Source: Nitrosospira multiformis ATCC 25196 (GTDB lineage Bacteria > Pseudomonadota > Gammaproteobacteria > Burkholderiales > Nitrosomonadaceae). Taken from it: DNA of 32,000 nt. Positions 1 to 11,671 of the stretch are shown one piece after another; the stretch's first letter is position 1, and the number at the start of each line of letters is the position of its first letter. A program made the translations under genes and the position numbers. The notes beneath the pieces are model-generated. The model did no database searches. It saw only the letters and a list, made by a program, of their open reading frames with translations, and was not told the origin of the DNA. Location: the NCBI RefSeq assembly GCF_000196355.1, contig NC_007614.1:480001-512000 (forward strand). Direction: 5' to 3'.

Positions 1-1
1 A

Positions 2-280
2 TTTTGCGGAGGAGGATACGTTTACTGGCTTTCGCCCGAAGCGGCAGGCATGCTTCTCTGTTTGCAGATGAGGAGCCTCTTGTCAGGCGTGGACGCTGCC
101 GTGCGGTTATTCTTGTGCAGTTGGCGTGAGGACAAGCGCATTTCGGAAATCTGGATATTGCCCGATGTTCCACGCGTGCGGTATGAGGCACTGACCTTAT
201 GGGCGCGTATTTGCGGCTTGCGGATACTGACCTGGGAAAGGGTGCCGACCGAAGAAAATTGTACTCCTAGGCTACTATGA
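2..280 (+). CDS. 3' end of an unidentified CDS truncated by the left window edge
   Basis: Frame 2 is open from the edge (…CGGGYVYWLSPEAAGMLLCLQMRSLL…) to TGA at 278-280; the track ORF 50..280 is its internal-ATG version. No family recognised. Confidence 0.35.
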   Translation, partial: FCGGGYVYWLSPEAAGMLLCLQMRSLLSGVDAAVRLFLCSWREDKRISEIWILPDVPRVRYEALTLWARICGLRILTWERVPTEENCTPRLL

Positions 281-397
281 ATGCTCTGCGGAGAACGGCC
301 TTCCAGTAAAGGCGATGCATCTCCTTGCAAGAACTGCAAGGCTTCTGAAGTTTAAAAAAATTCTCCGGCTATCCTTTGGGTTTTTGTATTCACGCCG

Positions 398-1468
398 CTA
401 CAACCATTTTTTCCAGCGGAACAGTAGCAGCATCGCAATACTGATGACTGCCATTGCGGTCAGTACAATAAAAAATCCCATGTGCCATTCAAGCCCCGGC
501 ATGTACGTGAAGTTCATTCCGTAAATGCCCGTTATCAGCGTCAAAGGCATGAATATGGTGGTGATGACGGTAAGAACTTTCATGACAGTACTGATGCGGA
601 AACTTACGCTCGATAAATAAATATCGAGCATGCCCGCCGTGACGTCACGCAGCGATTCGATCGATTCGATAATGTGGACAGTATGGTCGTACACATCCCG
701 CAGGTAGAGCAGAGTATTGCGGCTAAACAGGGGTGAATCTCCACGTTGCAAAGAACTGATTACCTCGCGGAGCGGCCACAGCGCCCTGCGTAAAAAAACG
801 CCTTCACGTTTGAGTCTTTGAATGGATTGCAAGGTGCTCGGCTGCGGACGATCGACCAGTTCCGTTTCCAGCGCTTCGGTTTTTTCGTCGAGGCGTTCAA
901 GAATGCTGAAGTAGGTGTCGACCACTGAATCAATCAGGTTGTACATCAGGAAATCGGCACCAAGTCTTGCGCTTTGGCCTTTGCCGGCCCGCAGGCGGTC
1001 GCGGACCGACTCGAATTGAACACCATTCGCTTCCAGAAACGACAGCACGAAATCCTTGCCGAGTACAAGACTGATCTGTTCGGAATATATTCTCTCTTCC
1101 TTACCCCTGGTTTCATACCCGAAGGTTTTGAGCACCACGTACAGGTAATCTCCGTAATCCTCCACCTTGGAGCGTTGCTCTGTGTTGAATATGTCTTCCA
1201 GTACCAGAGGGTGAAGGTTAAAACATGCGCCGAACTGCTCGATCATGTGGATGTCGCCCAGGCCCTGCAGGTTAACCCACTTGACCCCGGAAGCGTGTTT
1301 GATCTTTTCGGCAAGGTCTGCGGGAGCCACCTCGGCTTCACGCACGCCTTCCGGATCGTAATCCAGCAAGGTTATGCGTGGGGACGCGTTTTTCTTTGCC
1401 CCGATATGCACCGGCATGCCCGGCGGCAGGCCTGCTTTCTTGGATCTCTTTTTGGAAGGGGATATCAC
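398..1468 (-). CDS. corA: Magnesium/cobalt transporter CorA
   Basis: 356 aa; C-terminal two-helix region with the signature YGMNF (LTLITGIYGMNFTYMPGLEW) characteristic of CorA. Confidence 0.95.
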   Translation of the reverse strand: MISPSKKRSKKAGLPPGMPVHIGAKKNASPRITLLDYDPEGVREAEVAPADLAEKIKHASGVKWVNLQGLGDIHMIEQFGACFNLHPLVLEDIFNTEQRSKVEDYGDYLYVVLKTFGYETRGKEERIYSEQISLVLGKDFVLSFLEANGVQFESVRDRLRAGKGQSARLGADFLMYNLIDSVVDTYFSILERLDEKTEALETELVDRPQPSTLQSIQRLKREGVFLRRALWPLREVISSLQRGDSPLFSRNTLLYLRDVYDHTVHIIESIESLRDVTAGMLDIYLSSVSFRISTVMKVLTVITTIFMPLTLITGIYGMNFTYMPGLEWHMGFFIVLTAMAVISIAMLLLFRWKKWL

Positions 1469-1486
1469 GGCATCCGGATGAGGGTT

Positions 1487-3010
1487 TTATACAGATGCGG
1501 ACAACTTGCTTCCGTCGGCTCCGGCCATGCCAAAACGAAAACCAAGGGCATCCCACTGTTCAATTTCGCCAAGCAACGCGTTATATGTCAAGGGATTGCC
1601 TTCCAGCCACTTTCTTTCAAGATATAAACTGAATTCCTTGCCTCGAAGGCTGACCTCGAGCCTCGGAAGTGCCGTCTCACAGCGGCTGCGATGAAACAAT
1701 GCCGCGAGGCGAAGCGCAAACAGCAGGGCGAAATCAGCCCGCTCTATCATGTTTCCACGCGCTTTGCCGATATCGCCCCGGTGGGCGAGCACAAGCATGC
1801 TTAAGCGCTCCTGCTCCCTTTGGGAAAAACCCGGCATATCGGCATTACCCAGGATATATGCAGAATGCTTGTGGTAACCGGAGTGGGCGACCGAAATACC
1901 TACTTCATGCAGCCGGGCAGCCCATGAGAGAACTTGCAGATGTTCTTCTCCCTCACAGGGAAAGGCCGCCAGCAACTGTTCTCCGAGCAAAAGTGCAGTC
2001 GATTCCACCCGCCCCGCCTGCGCGCCATCCACATGGTACCGGCGCATGAACTGCCTGACCGTTACTTCGCGCATATCATGCTTATGGAAGCGCCCCAGCA
2101 GATCGTACAGCACGCCCTGACGTAAGGCACCCATGCCTTGCGCCATCCGGGAAATTCCCAGCTCCGCGAACGCGGCGGACATGATGGCGAAACCGCCGGC
2201 TATGACAGGCGCCCGATCGGTCTTGATACCCGCGAGGTCGAGTTTTTTGATATCGTCCACCTTGAGCAGATGATTACGAAAATTTTCCAGCCCTTCCCGC
2301 GTAATCTCTCCGTTGCCGCTTCCACTGCCGAGCTGGTTCAACTGGATGATATCGCCTAACGCGCGTGCCGTACCGGAGGATCCATATGCGAGCTGCCAGT
2401 GTTCACTGGAAAATTCCTTTGCGATCGCCTGAATCTCGCTGCGGGCCGATAGTTCGGCACGGTTCATTGCCTCCCTGCTGATCCTGCCGCCTGGAAAAAA
2501 GCGCAGGCTATAGCTGACGCAACCCATATAGAGGCTTTCCAGCTTGACCGGCTTCAGCCTGCGGCCAATGATAAATTCAGTAGAGCCGCCCCCGATGTCC
2601 ATTACCAGGCGAGCGTCAGGAGAAGCAGGAAGGCCGTGCGCAACGCCCAGATAGATGAGGCGCGCCTCTTCGTGGCCCGAGATGACTTCAATGGGAAAAC
2701 CCATCGCTGCCTCGGCTTTTTTGAGAAATACAGCCGCATTTTTCGCCACCCTGAGAGTGTTGGTCGCAACCGCACGTACAGCATGAGGAGGGAAACCGCG
2801 CAGGCGTTCACTGAAACGCGTGAGACAGGCCAGGGCGCGTGCCTGGGAATCTTCATCCAGGCGCTTGTCGCGAGTAAGACCAGCGGCAAGACGAACCATT
2901 TCACGCAGATTGTCCAGCGGATAAAGCTGTCTGCCTTCCACTCGCGCGACTTGCAAACGAAAGCTGTTGGAACCGAGATCTACCGCCGCAAGTGTGGAGT
3001 ATTCGGGCAT
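1487..3010 (-). CDS. ppx: Exopolyphosphatase, Ppx/GppA family
   Basis: 507 aa; N-terminal AAVDLGSNSFRLQVARV and VMDIGGGSTEFI motifs of the Ppx/GppA actin-like ATPase fold. Confidence 0.95.
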   Translation of the reverse strand: MPEYSTLAAVDLGSNSFRLQVARVEGRQLYPLDNLREMVRLAAGLTRDKRLDEDSQARALACLTRFSERLRGFPPHAVRAVATNTLRVAKNAAVFLKKAEAAMGFPIEVISGHEEARLIYLGVAHGLPASPDARLVMDIGGGSTEFIIGRRLKPVKLESLYMGCVSYSLRFFPGGRISREAMNRAELSARSEIQAIAKEFSSEHWQLAYGSSGTARALGDIIQLNQLGSGSGNGEITREGLENFRNHLLKVDDIKKLDLAGIKTDRAPVIAGGFAIMSAAFAELGISRMAQGMGALRQGVLYDLLGRFHKHDMREVTVRQFMRRYHVDGAQAGRVESTALLLGEQLLAAFPCEGEEHLQVLSWAARLHEVGISVAHSGYHKHSAYILGNADMPGFSQREQERLSMLVLAHRGDIGKARGNMIERADFALLFALRLAALFHRSRCETALPRLEVSLRGKEFSLYLERKWLEGNPLTYNALLGEIEQWDALGFRFGMAGADGSKLSASV

Positions 3011-3046
3011 GAGGTCTGTTGGGAGGCTTCCAGGCGACGGGAGGAC

Positions 3047-3754
3047 CTACTCCCGTATTTCGCGCTCGATTTCTTCAACGGTGACGTGACGCACATCCCT
3101 ACCCTTTACCATGTATACCACATATTCGGACATGTTTTTGGCATGATCGCCGATGCGCTCTATCGCTTTTGCAATAAACAGGATTTCCAGGGCAGTCGAT
3201 ATCTTGCGAGGATCTTCCATCATGAAAGTGATGAGCTGGCGCATGATGGAGCGGAATTCCTCATCCACCAGCTCATCTTGGCGCACTACCTGAGCGGCGG
3301 CCGTGAGGTCCAGACGCGCAAAAGCGTCCAGCGATTTGCGCAGCATCTCCAGCGCAACGTTGGCCACATGCCGTATTTCGACGAAACGGGGCATGTGCAT
3401 GCGGTCCGCAGCATAGATGAGTTTGGCCATGCGCGCGATCTTTTCCGCTTCATCTCCGATGCGCTCGAGGTCGGTAATGGTTTTGATGACCGTCATGATC
3501 ATGCGTAAGTCACCCGCGGCTGGCTGCCGGCGCGCGATGATCTGATTGCAGATCTCGTCTATCGATACCTCCATCGCATTGACCCGATGGTCATCGGCTA
3601 TGATATTCTCGATCAGACTCTCATTGCCGGTGATCAGCGCTTCAATCGCTTTTTCGATCTGTTCTTCCACGAATCCGCCCATATGCAACACGCGTGTGCG
3701 CACCGCTTCGAGATCCGCGTCAAATTGCTTGGATATATGTTCGTGGCTTCCCAT
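3047..3754 (-). CDS. phoU: Phosphate transport system regulatory protein PhoU
   Basis: 235 aa; starts MGSHEHISKQFDADLEAVRTRVLHMGG; repeated PhoU helical motifs (DLRMIMTVIKTITDLERIGDEAEKIA, AIERIGDHAKNMSEYVVYMVKG). Confidence 0.95.
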   Translation of the reverse strand: MGSHEHISKQFDADLEAVRTRVLHMGGFVEEQIEKAIEALITGNESLIENIIADDHRVNAMEVSIDEICNQIIARRQPAAGDLRMIMTVIKTITDLERIGDEAEKIARMAKLIYAADRMHMPRFVEIRHVANVALEMLRKSLDAFARLDLTAAAQVVRQDELVDEEFRSIMRQLITFMMEDPRKISTALEILFIAKAIERIGDHAKNMSEYVVYMVKGRDVRHVTVEEIEREIRE

Positions 3755-3841
3755 TTCTCACCTGTGGATCGATTGAAAGCAAAAAATAACAAAGGATAAT
3801 ATCAGTCCGTTGTGACAATTCTACTGATCTTTGGCCTTCCT

Positions 3842-4501
3842 TCAGATAGCAATGGTACGAATGCCTCCTTCGTCTCCCAGCAACAGCAAATCCGCAGGGC
3901 GTCTTGCAAACAGGCCATTGGTTACGATGCCGGTGATCTGATTGAGTTCCGTCTCCAGTTCAATGGGGTTCAGGATCTGCAAGGCGTGCACATCAAGAAT
4001 GACGTTACCGTTATCAGTGGTAAATCCCTGCCTGAGCATGGGTTGTCCCCCCAGCCGTACTATCTCGCGCGCCACGTGACCGCGCGCCATCGGGATAACC
4101 TCCACGGGCAGCGGAAACTTGCCAAGCACGTCCACGAGCTTGCTCTGGTCCGCAATGCAGATAAATTTTTTCGCCACGGCGGCCACGATTTTTTCCCGGG
4201 TCAGAGCTCCGCCACCCCCTTTTATCATATGCAGATGCGGCGTTATCTCATCAGCGCCATCCACATATAACGGAAGCTCGTCGACATTATTAAGGTCCAT
4301 GACCTCGATTCCATGTGCGCTGAGCCGCCGGGCGGTTGCTTCTGAACTCGCTACCGCTCCATCGATCCTGCTTCTGATGCCGGCCAGTGCGTCTATGAAG
4401 TAGTTGGCGGTAGAGCCGGTGCCGACTCCGACAATACAGCCTGCGGGAATATGTTGAATAGCGGCGTGCGCGGCCGCCCGTTTCTGCTCGTCCTGATTCA
4501 T
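3842..4501 (-). CDS. rpiA: Ribose-5-phosphate isomerase A
   Basis: 219 aa; [57 protein letters not shown] motifs of RpiA. Confidence 0.96.
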
Positions 4502-4638
4502 GATGTTATTTTTTATGTCTGAAAATATTGATTGTTTATGAGCATAATACTATCAGCCCATTTTAACAATGAAGCTGGGCATTTAGCGTTTCGCGACATG
4601 TTAAAATGCTCAACCTTTAAAATCGCAACCCCATTTCG

Positions 4639-6150
4639 ATGAAGAACAGTTACCTCGAAAGAATTCTTACAGCGCGGGTTTATGACGTTGCGATAGAGAG
4701 TCCTCTGGAGCTTGCGCCGAATCTGTCCACACGTATAAATAATCAGCTGTTCCTGAAACGGGAAGATGTGCAGGATGTTTTCTCGTTCAAAGTGCGGGGA
4801 GCTTACAACAAAATGGTCAAGCTTTCTCCCGCGGCGCTCGAACGCGGAGTGGTGACGGCCTCTGCCGGCAACCATGCGCAAGGTGTGGCCCTCGCTGCAC
4901 AGCGATTGGGGTGTCGGGCAACCATAGTGATGCCTGTCACCACGCCCCAGATCAAGTTGCAGGCGGTCGAGGCACGCGGAGCGACAGTGGTTTCCTATGG
5001 GGACTCCTATGACGAAGCCTATGCTCACGCCCACGAATTCGCCGAAAAGAACCAGGTAACCTTCGTACACCCCTATGACGATCCCGATGTCATTGCCGGG
5101 CAGGGAACGATCGGAATGGAGATACTGCGCCAGCATCCGGGTGAAATTCATGCGATATTCGCGCCCATCGGTGGAGGCGGGTTGATTTCGGGGGTTGCGG
5201 CTTATGTAAAAAGGCTCTATCCGGAAATCAGGATTATCGGTGTGGAACCCGTCGACGCCGACTCGATGTATCAGTCGCTAAAAAAGAACCGGCGTGTCCG
5301 GTTGGCGCGAGTCGGATTGTTTGCAGACGGGGTCGCTGTCAAGCAGGTAGGAGTGGAAACTTTTCATTTATGCCGCGAACTGGTCGACGAGATCCTGCTG
5401 GTAGACACGGATGCCATCTGTGCGGCAATCAAGGATGTGTTCGAGGATACGCGCGCCATACTGGAACCTTCGGGAGCGCTCTCGATTGCAGGGGCCAAGG
5501 CGTATGCAAAGCGGGAAGGTATCCGCGGCAAGAACCTGATTGCCATCGCCTCCGGTGCGAATATGAATTTCGACCGATTGCGCCATGTGTCCGAACGGGC
5601 GGAACTGGGAGAGCAGCGGGAAGCGGTCATGGCGGTGACGATTCCCGAGGAACCCGGCAGTTTCAAGAAGTTCTGCGCAATGCTGGGACCGAGAAGTATC
5701 ACAGAGTTCAACTATCGTTTTGCCGGTCCAAAAGAAGCGCATGTGTTTGTAGGGGTGTCGGTAAGAAACCGGGAGGAAGCGGCGAAACTGATCAAGGATC
5801 TGGAGAACAACGGCTTGCGCACCGAGGATCTGAGCGACAATGAAATGGCAAAATTGCATATCCGCCATCTCGTGGGTGGGCATGCACGTGATGTTAAAAA
5901 TGAAATCGTCTATCGTTTTGAGTTCCCCGATCGTCCGGGGGCGCTCATGCAATTTCTGAACAGCATGAGCCATCATTGGAATATCAGTCTGTTTCATTAC
6001 CGTAATCACGGGGCAGACTATGGGCGGGTGCTGGTGGGCATGGAGGTGCCCCCGGAGGAGAAGGCGGATTTCAAGGCATTTCTCGCTCAGCTCGACAATC
6101 GTTATTGGGACGAAACCCACAATCCGGCCTACAAATTATTCCTGGGATAG
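4639..6150 (+). CDS. ilvA: Threonine ammonia-lyase, biosynthetic (two C-terminal ACT-like domains)
   Basis: 503 aa; PLP motif FKVRGAYNKM, SAGNHAQGVA, GGGGLISG; long C-terminal regulatory region (PEEPGSFKKFCAMLG… and FPDRPGALMQFLNSM…). Confidence 0.96.
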   Translation: MKNSYLERILTARVYDVAIESPLELAPNLSTRINNQLFLKREDVQDVFSFKVRGAYNKMVKLSPAALERGVVTASAGNHAQGVALAAQRLGCRATIVMPVTTPQIKLQAVEARGATVVSYGDSYDEAYAHAHEFAEKNQVTFVHPYDDPDVIAGQGTIGMEILRQHPGEIHAIFAPIGGGGLISGVAAYVKRLYPEIRIIGVEPVDADSMYQSLKKNRRVRLARVGLFADGVAVKQVGVETFHLCRELVDEILLVDTDAICAAIKDVFEDTRAILEPSGALSIAGAKAYAKREGIRGKNLIAIASGANMNFDRLRHVSERAELGEQREAVMAVTIPEEPGSFKKFCAMLGPRSITEFNYRFAGPKEAHVFVGVSVRNREEAAKLIKDLENNGLRTEDLSDNEMAKLHIRHLVGGHARDVKNEIVYRFEFPDRPGALMQFLNSMSHHWNISLFHYRNHGADYGRVLVGMEVPPEEKADFKAFLAQLDNRYWDETHNPAYKLFLG

Positions 6151-6325
6151 GGACGGACAGCGCTGCCTGTTTATCCCCGACAAGTTTGGTGCATCCTCGA
6201 AATCGAGCGTTGCGCGGGTTGCAGTGTTAAACCTTCAGTAGTCCAAATCAGATGAATACACTCATGTAAAAAAAACGGTTTTGAAGGTTTCACAGCCGTG
6301 TCCGGGAGCTAAGGAAAAAATCAGA

Positions 6326-7654
6326 ATGAAGTGCAGGCGAAAGCGCAGCAGCCGGATTCCGTACGGAGTAGGTTGTTTTTTATTGATCTTCATGAGCAAC
6401 AGCATTGTTCAGGCGGTTGACATAGCAGGGTGGTTGCGGGAGAACGGTGTAAGGGCGGGCGGGTGGATCAATGCGGGGGCAACCTATAACCCCGGTAATC
6501 CCGTCAACGGATACAATGGCCCCGTTACCTTTGCCGACCGCGCAAACCGGTTTCAGTTGAATCAGTTCAATCTATATCTCCAGCGCACGGTAGTCACGGA
6601 AGGCGAGGCTTTTGATCTCGGGGGGCGGGTCGATTTCATGTTCGGCACCGATGCGATCTATACCCAGGCCTTCGGCGTTCCGCCATTCGATGTGAATACC
6701 GGTCAAGTCTTGAATAGGGGCCACTGGGATCTGAATATATGCTGCTCATCGACCCGGACGTATGGTATCGCGCTACCCCAAGCGTATCTCGAGGCCTATA
6801 TACCGTTGGGTAATGGCTTGAACATCAAGGCAGGTCATTTTTATTCGCCGACAGGGTATGAAACCGTTCCTGCGCCCGACAATTTTTTTTACACTCACGC
6901 CTATACCTTTAACAATGGGGAGCCATTCACCCACACGGGTGCCGTAGGGAACTATACCGTCAACGGGAACTGGTCGGTGATGGGCGGCCTCATCACCGGG
7001 AGCGCAACCGGCGATTGGGATGGCGGATTCGACAGAGAGCTGGGAAACTGGGGAGGGCTGGGCGGTATTACCTGGGTCAGCGACGACAAAAGGACTTCGG
7101 CCAACATCACGGGGAGCTACAGTGCGACGTCCACCCGCAGCAACAGGCCATGGGGAATGTACAACATTGTGCTGCAACACAGGATCACACCGAAAACCCA
7201 TCTGGTTCTACACCACGTTCACGGCTATGCCGGCGGCGTTTTGCTGGGAGGGGTGCCAAAGAATGTCGAATGGTATGGCATCAATACCCACCTCTATTAT
7301 GACTTGTTGGAGGATCTCTCGGTGGGTATTCGCGGCGAATGGTTCCGGGACCGGGATGGTTTTCGCGTCTCTTCGCCCTTTCGCGTGGTAGCGGCGCTCA
7401 ACCATACCGGAATCAGTTTTGCAGGCGATTCTTCCACAGTGAGGGCGGCCCCTGCGGACTACTATGAAATCACCTTCGGAATGAACTGGAAGCCAGCGAA
7501 AAGGTTGCGGCTGGACTGGAAGCCGATGCAAAAGCTGAACGTTCGTCCAAATATCCGCTATGACCGTGCGGACGGCATTGACCATTCGCATCGGCCTTTC
7601 AACAACAAGAAGGATCAGATTATATTTTCTCTCGATGCGATGATTCCATTCTGA
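6326..7654 (+). CDS. Outer-membrane beta-barrel protein (BBP2/OmpL-like porin family), copy 1
   Basis: Signal peptide MKCRRKRSSRIPYGVGCFLLIFMSNSIVQAVD followed by beta-barrel-like sequence ending in aromatic F. The track ORF starts at 6281, but ATG 6326 has TAAGGA upstream and places the signal peptide at the N-terminus. Confidence 0.8.
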   Translation: MKCRRKRSSRIPYGVGCFLLIFMSNSIVQAVDIAGWLRENGVRAGGWINAGATYNPGNPVNGYNGPVTFADRANRFQLNQFNLYLQRTVVTEGEAFDLGGRVDFMFGTDAIYTQAFGVPPFDVNTGQVLNRGHWDLNICCSSTRTYGIALPQAYLEAYIPLGNGLNIKAGHFYSPTGYETVPAPDNFFYTHAYTFNNGEPFTHTGAVGNYTVNGNWSVMGGLITGSATGDWDGGFDRELGNWGGLGGITWVSDDKRTSANITGSYSATSTRSNRPWGMYNIVLQHRITPKTHLVLHHVHGYAGGVLLGGVPKNVEWYGINTHLYYDLLEDLSVGIRGEWFRDRDGFRVSSPFRVVAALNHTGISFAGDSSTVRAAPADYYEITFGMNWKPAKRLRLDWKPMQKLNVRPNIRYDRADGIDHSHRPFNNKKDQIIFSLDAMIPF

Positions 7655-7739
7655 TAGGAAGGGGCGGGCACTCTGGAAGAAACTGGCTTATCGTGGCGAG
7701 AAATAAGAGTGGGGCAATAGGAAATAGTCTCACAGCCCG

Positions 7740-7982
7740 TTATTCCACCAACCCGGACTCCTGGCCATTCCCATGTCTTTGGACTACGTCCAGGGGGCGC
7801 GAGTGGAGATCGGACTCGGCCTTTGCCTGCATTTTTCGCGCTGCATCCTCAAAATACTCGCTCAAGGCATCGTGATTGCCGCGCATTCGCGTGTTCTGGA
7901 TGACGCAGCGCCCGTTCGTGTTCTGAACCGCTTCATGAGGGCTTAACTGCGCGCCACCGGCTAATAAACTCAGGGAGAAGCC
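7740..7982 (-). pseudogene. Possible degraded coding remnant between the two barrel genes
   Basis: Minus-strand open frame of about 80 codons with no ATG at its start (GFSLSLLAGGAQLSPHEAVQNTNGRCVIQNTRMRGNHDALSEYFEDAARKMQAKAESDLHSRPLDVVQRHGNGQESGLVE). Not in the track because it lacks a good start; function unknown. Confidence 0.2.
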
Positions 7983-8290
7983 CTAAAAAAAGTTCTTTTA
8001 TTCATGGACACCTCTTTTCACGTGCTCATTACGTACTCATCGGAGTGAGAACAAACACCCAATCTTTAAATTAACTGAATTGTCGATACTTTATCAAGCG
8101 TCCAATGTTATAAGTACCTGCTCCTGCCTGCCGCTTCCATCACTTTCGTTCATTCTCCATTTCTTTGTGAGAGAGCAGAATAACTTCACAAATACTTAAC
8201 AATAATCTAACACTTTCTTTATTTATCTCGTGTTACGTTTCAAACAGAATAACAATTTTCGTGGTAGTGTTTTGCCAAGGGGAGCCCATC

Positions 8291-9646
8291 ATGAAACGCC
8301 TACCGAAACGCAGAAGAGGGATGATCTTTGCCTCTGCGGTCAGCCTGTTTACAACTCTCGAGAATCCCGACAGCGCTTACGCCAATACCGCCTTGGAATG
8401 GTTCAACGACAATGGCATTAGACTCGGGGGCTGGATCAACGGTGGGGCGACATTCAATCCCAGCCAGCTCACCGGTTTCAATGGGCCAGTCACATTTGCC
8501 GATCGCTCCAACAGATTCCAGTTAAACCAGTTCAATATTTATGTGCAACGCCCGGTAGTAGCCGAGGGCAGCACCTGGGATTTCGGGGGGCGTATCGATT
8601 TCATGTTTGGAACGGATGCAATTTTTACCCAGGCTTATGGCGTTCCCGCGTTCGACGTGAACACAGGCCAGCCTTTAAACAGGAGCAATTGGGATCTTGA
8701 TGTGTGTTGCGCTTCAACCCGATATTATGGCATTGCGTTTCCGCAGGTTTTTGCCGAAGCCTATGTTCCCGTTGGGAACGGATTGAACGTCAAGGTAGGC
8801 CATTTTTACACTCCAATCGGTTACGAGTCGGTACCGGCGCCCGACAATTTCTTTTACACTCATGCCTATACGATGCAGTATGGAGAGCCGTTCACGCATA
8901 CTGGTGTGCTGGGCAACTATAAAATCACGCAAAACTGGACGTTCATGGGGGGCGTTACCACAGGTAGTGCCACTGGCGGTTGGGACGGGGGATTCGACAA
9001 GCAGTTGGGTAATTGGGGGGGGATTGCAGGCATTACCTGGACCAGCGAGGATATGGGAACGTCGGCCAATATCAGCGGAACCTACAGCGCAACCTCGACA
9101 CGCAGCGATGAACCGTGGATGTTGTACAGCATCGTGCTGAAGCATAAATTCACCGAAAAGACCCATTTTGTGCTGCAACACGACCACGGGTTCGCGGGAA
9201 ATGTTTTACTGAATAATGTCTTTTATAGTAACGTGATCAAGGATGCCGAATGGTACGGCATCAACACTCATCTGTATTACGATCTCATGCCGGAATTGAC
9301 GATCGGAGTGCGGGCCGAGTGGTTCCGCGACCGGGACGGGTTCCGTGTATTTTCACCGGGACGGGTGGCTGCCGCCACCGACAACCGGGGATTCAGTTAC
9401 GCGCTAGGCCGCAATCAGCTTGGCAACAGCACCAGCAGTCCGGCTGATTATTATGCAGTCACGGTAGGCATGAACTGGAGGGCGGCGAAGAGGTTGAAGC
9501 TCGACTGGAAGCCGTTGCAGCAGCTCAATATTCGTCCAAACGTTCGCTACGATGCCGCCGACGGATTACATGGCATCGATTATCGGCCCTTCGGGGGGCA
9601 TAAAGATCAGGTGGTTTTATCCCTTGATTTTATGGTTCCGTTTTGA
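8291..9646 (+). CDS. Outer-membrane beta-barrel protein (BBP2/OmpL-like porin family), copy 2
   Basis: Colinear paralog of 6326..7654 (shared GGWING/NAGATxNP, NGPVTFADRxNRFQLNQFNxYxQRxVV, RVRAEWFRDRDGFRV-like segments). ATG 8291 is preceded by AAGGGGA; the track start at 8261 is upstream of this. Confidence 0.8.
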   Translation: MKRLPKRRRGMIFASAVSLFTTLENPDSAYANTALEWFNDNGIRLGGWINGGATFNPSQLTGFNGPVTFADRSNRFQLNQFNIYVQRPVVAEGSTWDFGGRIDFMFGTDAIFTQAYGVPAFDVNTGQPLNRSNWDLDVCCASTRYYGIAFPQVFAEAYVPVGNGLNVKVGHFYTPIGYESVPAPDNFFYTHAYTMQYGEPFTHTGVLGNYKITQNWTFMGGVTTGSATGGWDGGFDKQLGNWGGIAGITWTSEDMGTSANISGTYSATSTRSDEPWMLYSIVLKHKFTEKTHFVLQHDHGFAGNVLLNNVFYSNVIKDAEWYGINTHLYYDLMPELTIGVRAEWFRDRDGFRVFSPGRVAAATDNRGFSYALGRNQLGNSTSSPADYYAVTVGMNWRAAKRLKLDWKPLQQLNIRPNVRYDAADGLHGIDYRPFGGHKDQVVLSLDFMVPF

Positions 9647-9728
9647 TTTCCTGATTTCTATTTTCTCCGTCCGCTACAGGGTCTGAGCTGTAACGCCGAA
9701 AAGGAGGAGAGGGGAACAGGTTAGCGTT

Positions 9729-10235
9729 TCAGGGCGTGTCTACCGTTAGCGGCCGAAATTGCAACATCATTTTCACGTGAGGAATTCCAGCATCCAGGAA
9801 TTCCGGTCCTGCTTGCTGAAAACCAAACTTCCTATAAAACCCGGTTGCGTGTGTCTGCGCGTTCAAGGTAACTGAAGGAAACTGCCGGTTTTCCGCTTCC
9901 TTCAGCAACCGATCCAGGAGTGCGCTACCCACTCCTTTGCAACGCCAATTCCTCAACACGGCCATGCGCCCGATCGAAGCATCCGGTAGCAACCTCGCCG
10001 TACCTATCGGATTTCCTGAAGGATTCATCGCCAGCAGATGCACGCAAACGTCGTCGAACTCGTCCCATTCGAGTTCCGCAGGTACGCCTTGTTCCCTGAT
10101 AAAAACCGCCTCTCGTACTGCTCGTAGTGCCACAGCGTCTTCCCGCCAGCTTGCTGCGCGTACTATGTAGAGACTCATACTGGTTCGACCGGTTCTGGTA
10201 ATCTGCCCGTGTGACGGAGGCTTCTGTTCCTGCAC
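9729..10235 (-). CDS. GNAT family N-acetyltransferase (ElaA/YjcF-like)
   Basis: 168 aa; REAVFIREQGVPAELEWDEFD…GTARLLPDASIGRMAVLRNWRCKGVGSALLDRLL…AQTHATGFYRKFGFQ. The track start codon is GTG; an internal ATG at 10178 (MSLYIVRAA) is an alternative start. Confidence 0.85.
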   Translation of the reverse strand: MQEQKPPSHGQITRTGRTSMSLYIVRAASWREDAVALRAVREAVFIREQGVPAELEWDEFDDVCVHLLAMNPSGNPIGTARLLPDASIGRMAVLRNWRCKGVGSALLDRLLKEAENRQFPSVTLNAQTHATGFYRKFGFQQAGPEFLDAGIPHVKMMLQFRPLTVDTP

Positions 10236-10274
10236 CGTCTGTCCCTCTGTCTAATCGGGCGGCAGGCTTTCCAG

Positions 10275-11591
<1,317 letters not shown>

Positions 11592-11671
11592 TTAACGTTT
11601 AAACCTCTGTAATGTTTGAAAGGTAAAGGGAGGAAGAACTTTCCTTCCTAAAGCTGGCTAAGGACTGGCAT

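Noticed and set aside
2636-3508. 290-aa plus-strand ORF
   Set aside because: Spans antisense of both ppx and phoU; no independent support.
6145-6178. GGGATA…TATCCC inverted repeat after ilvA as terminator
   Set aside because: Large asymmetric internal loop and no T-tract; too weak to call.
11631-11649. AGGAAG-aactttc-CTTCCT inverted repeat between hisZ and purA
   Set aside because: Short 6-bp purine/pyrimidine stem close to the purA leader; plausible by chance.
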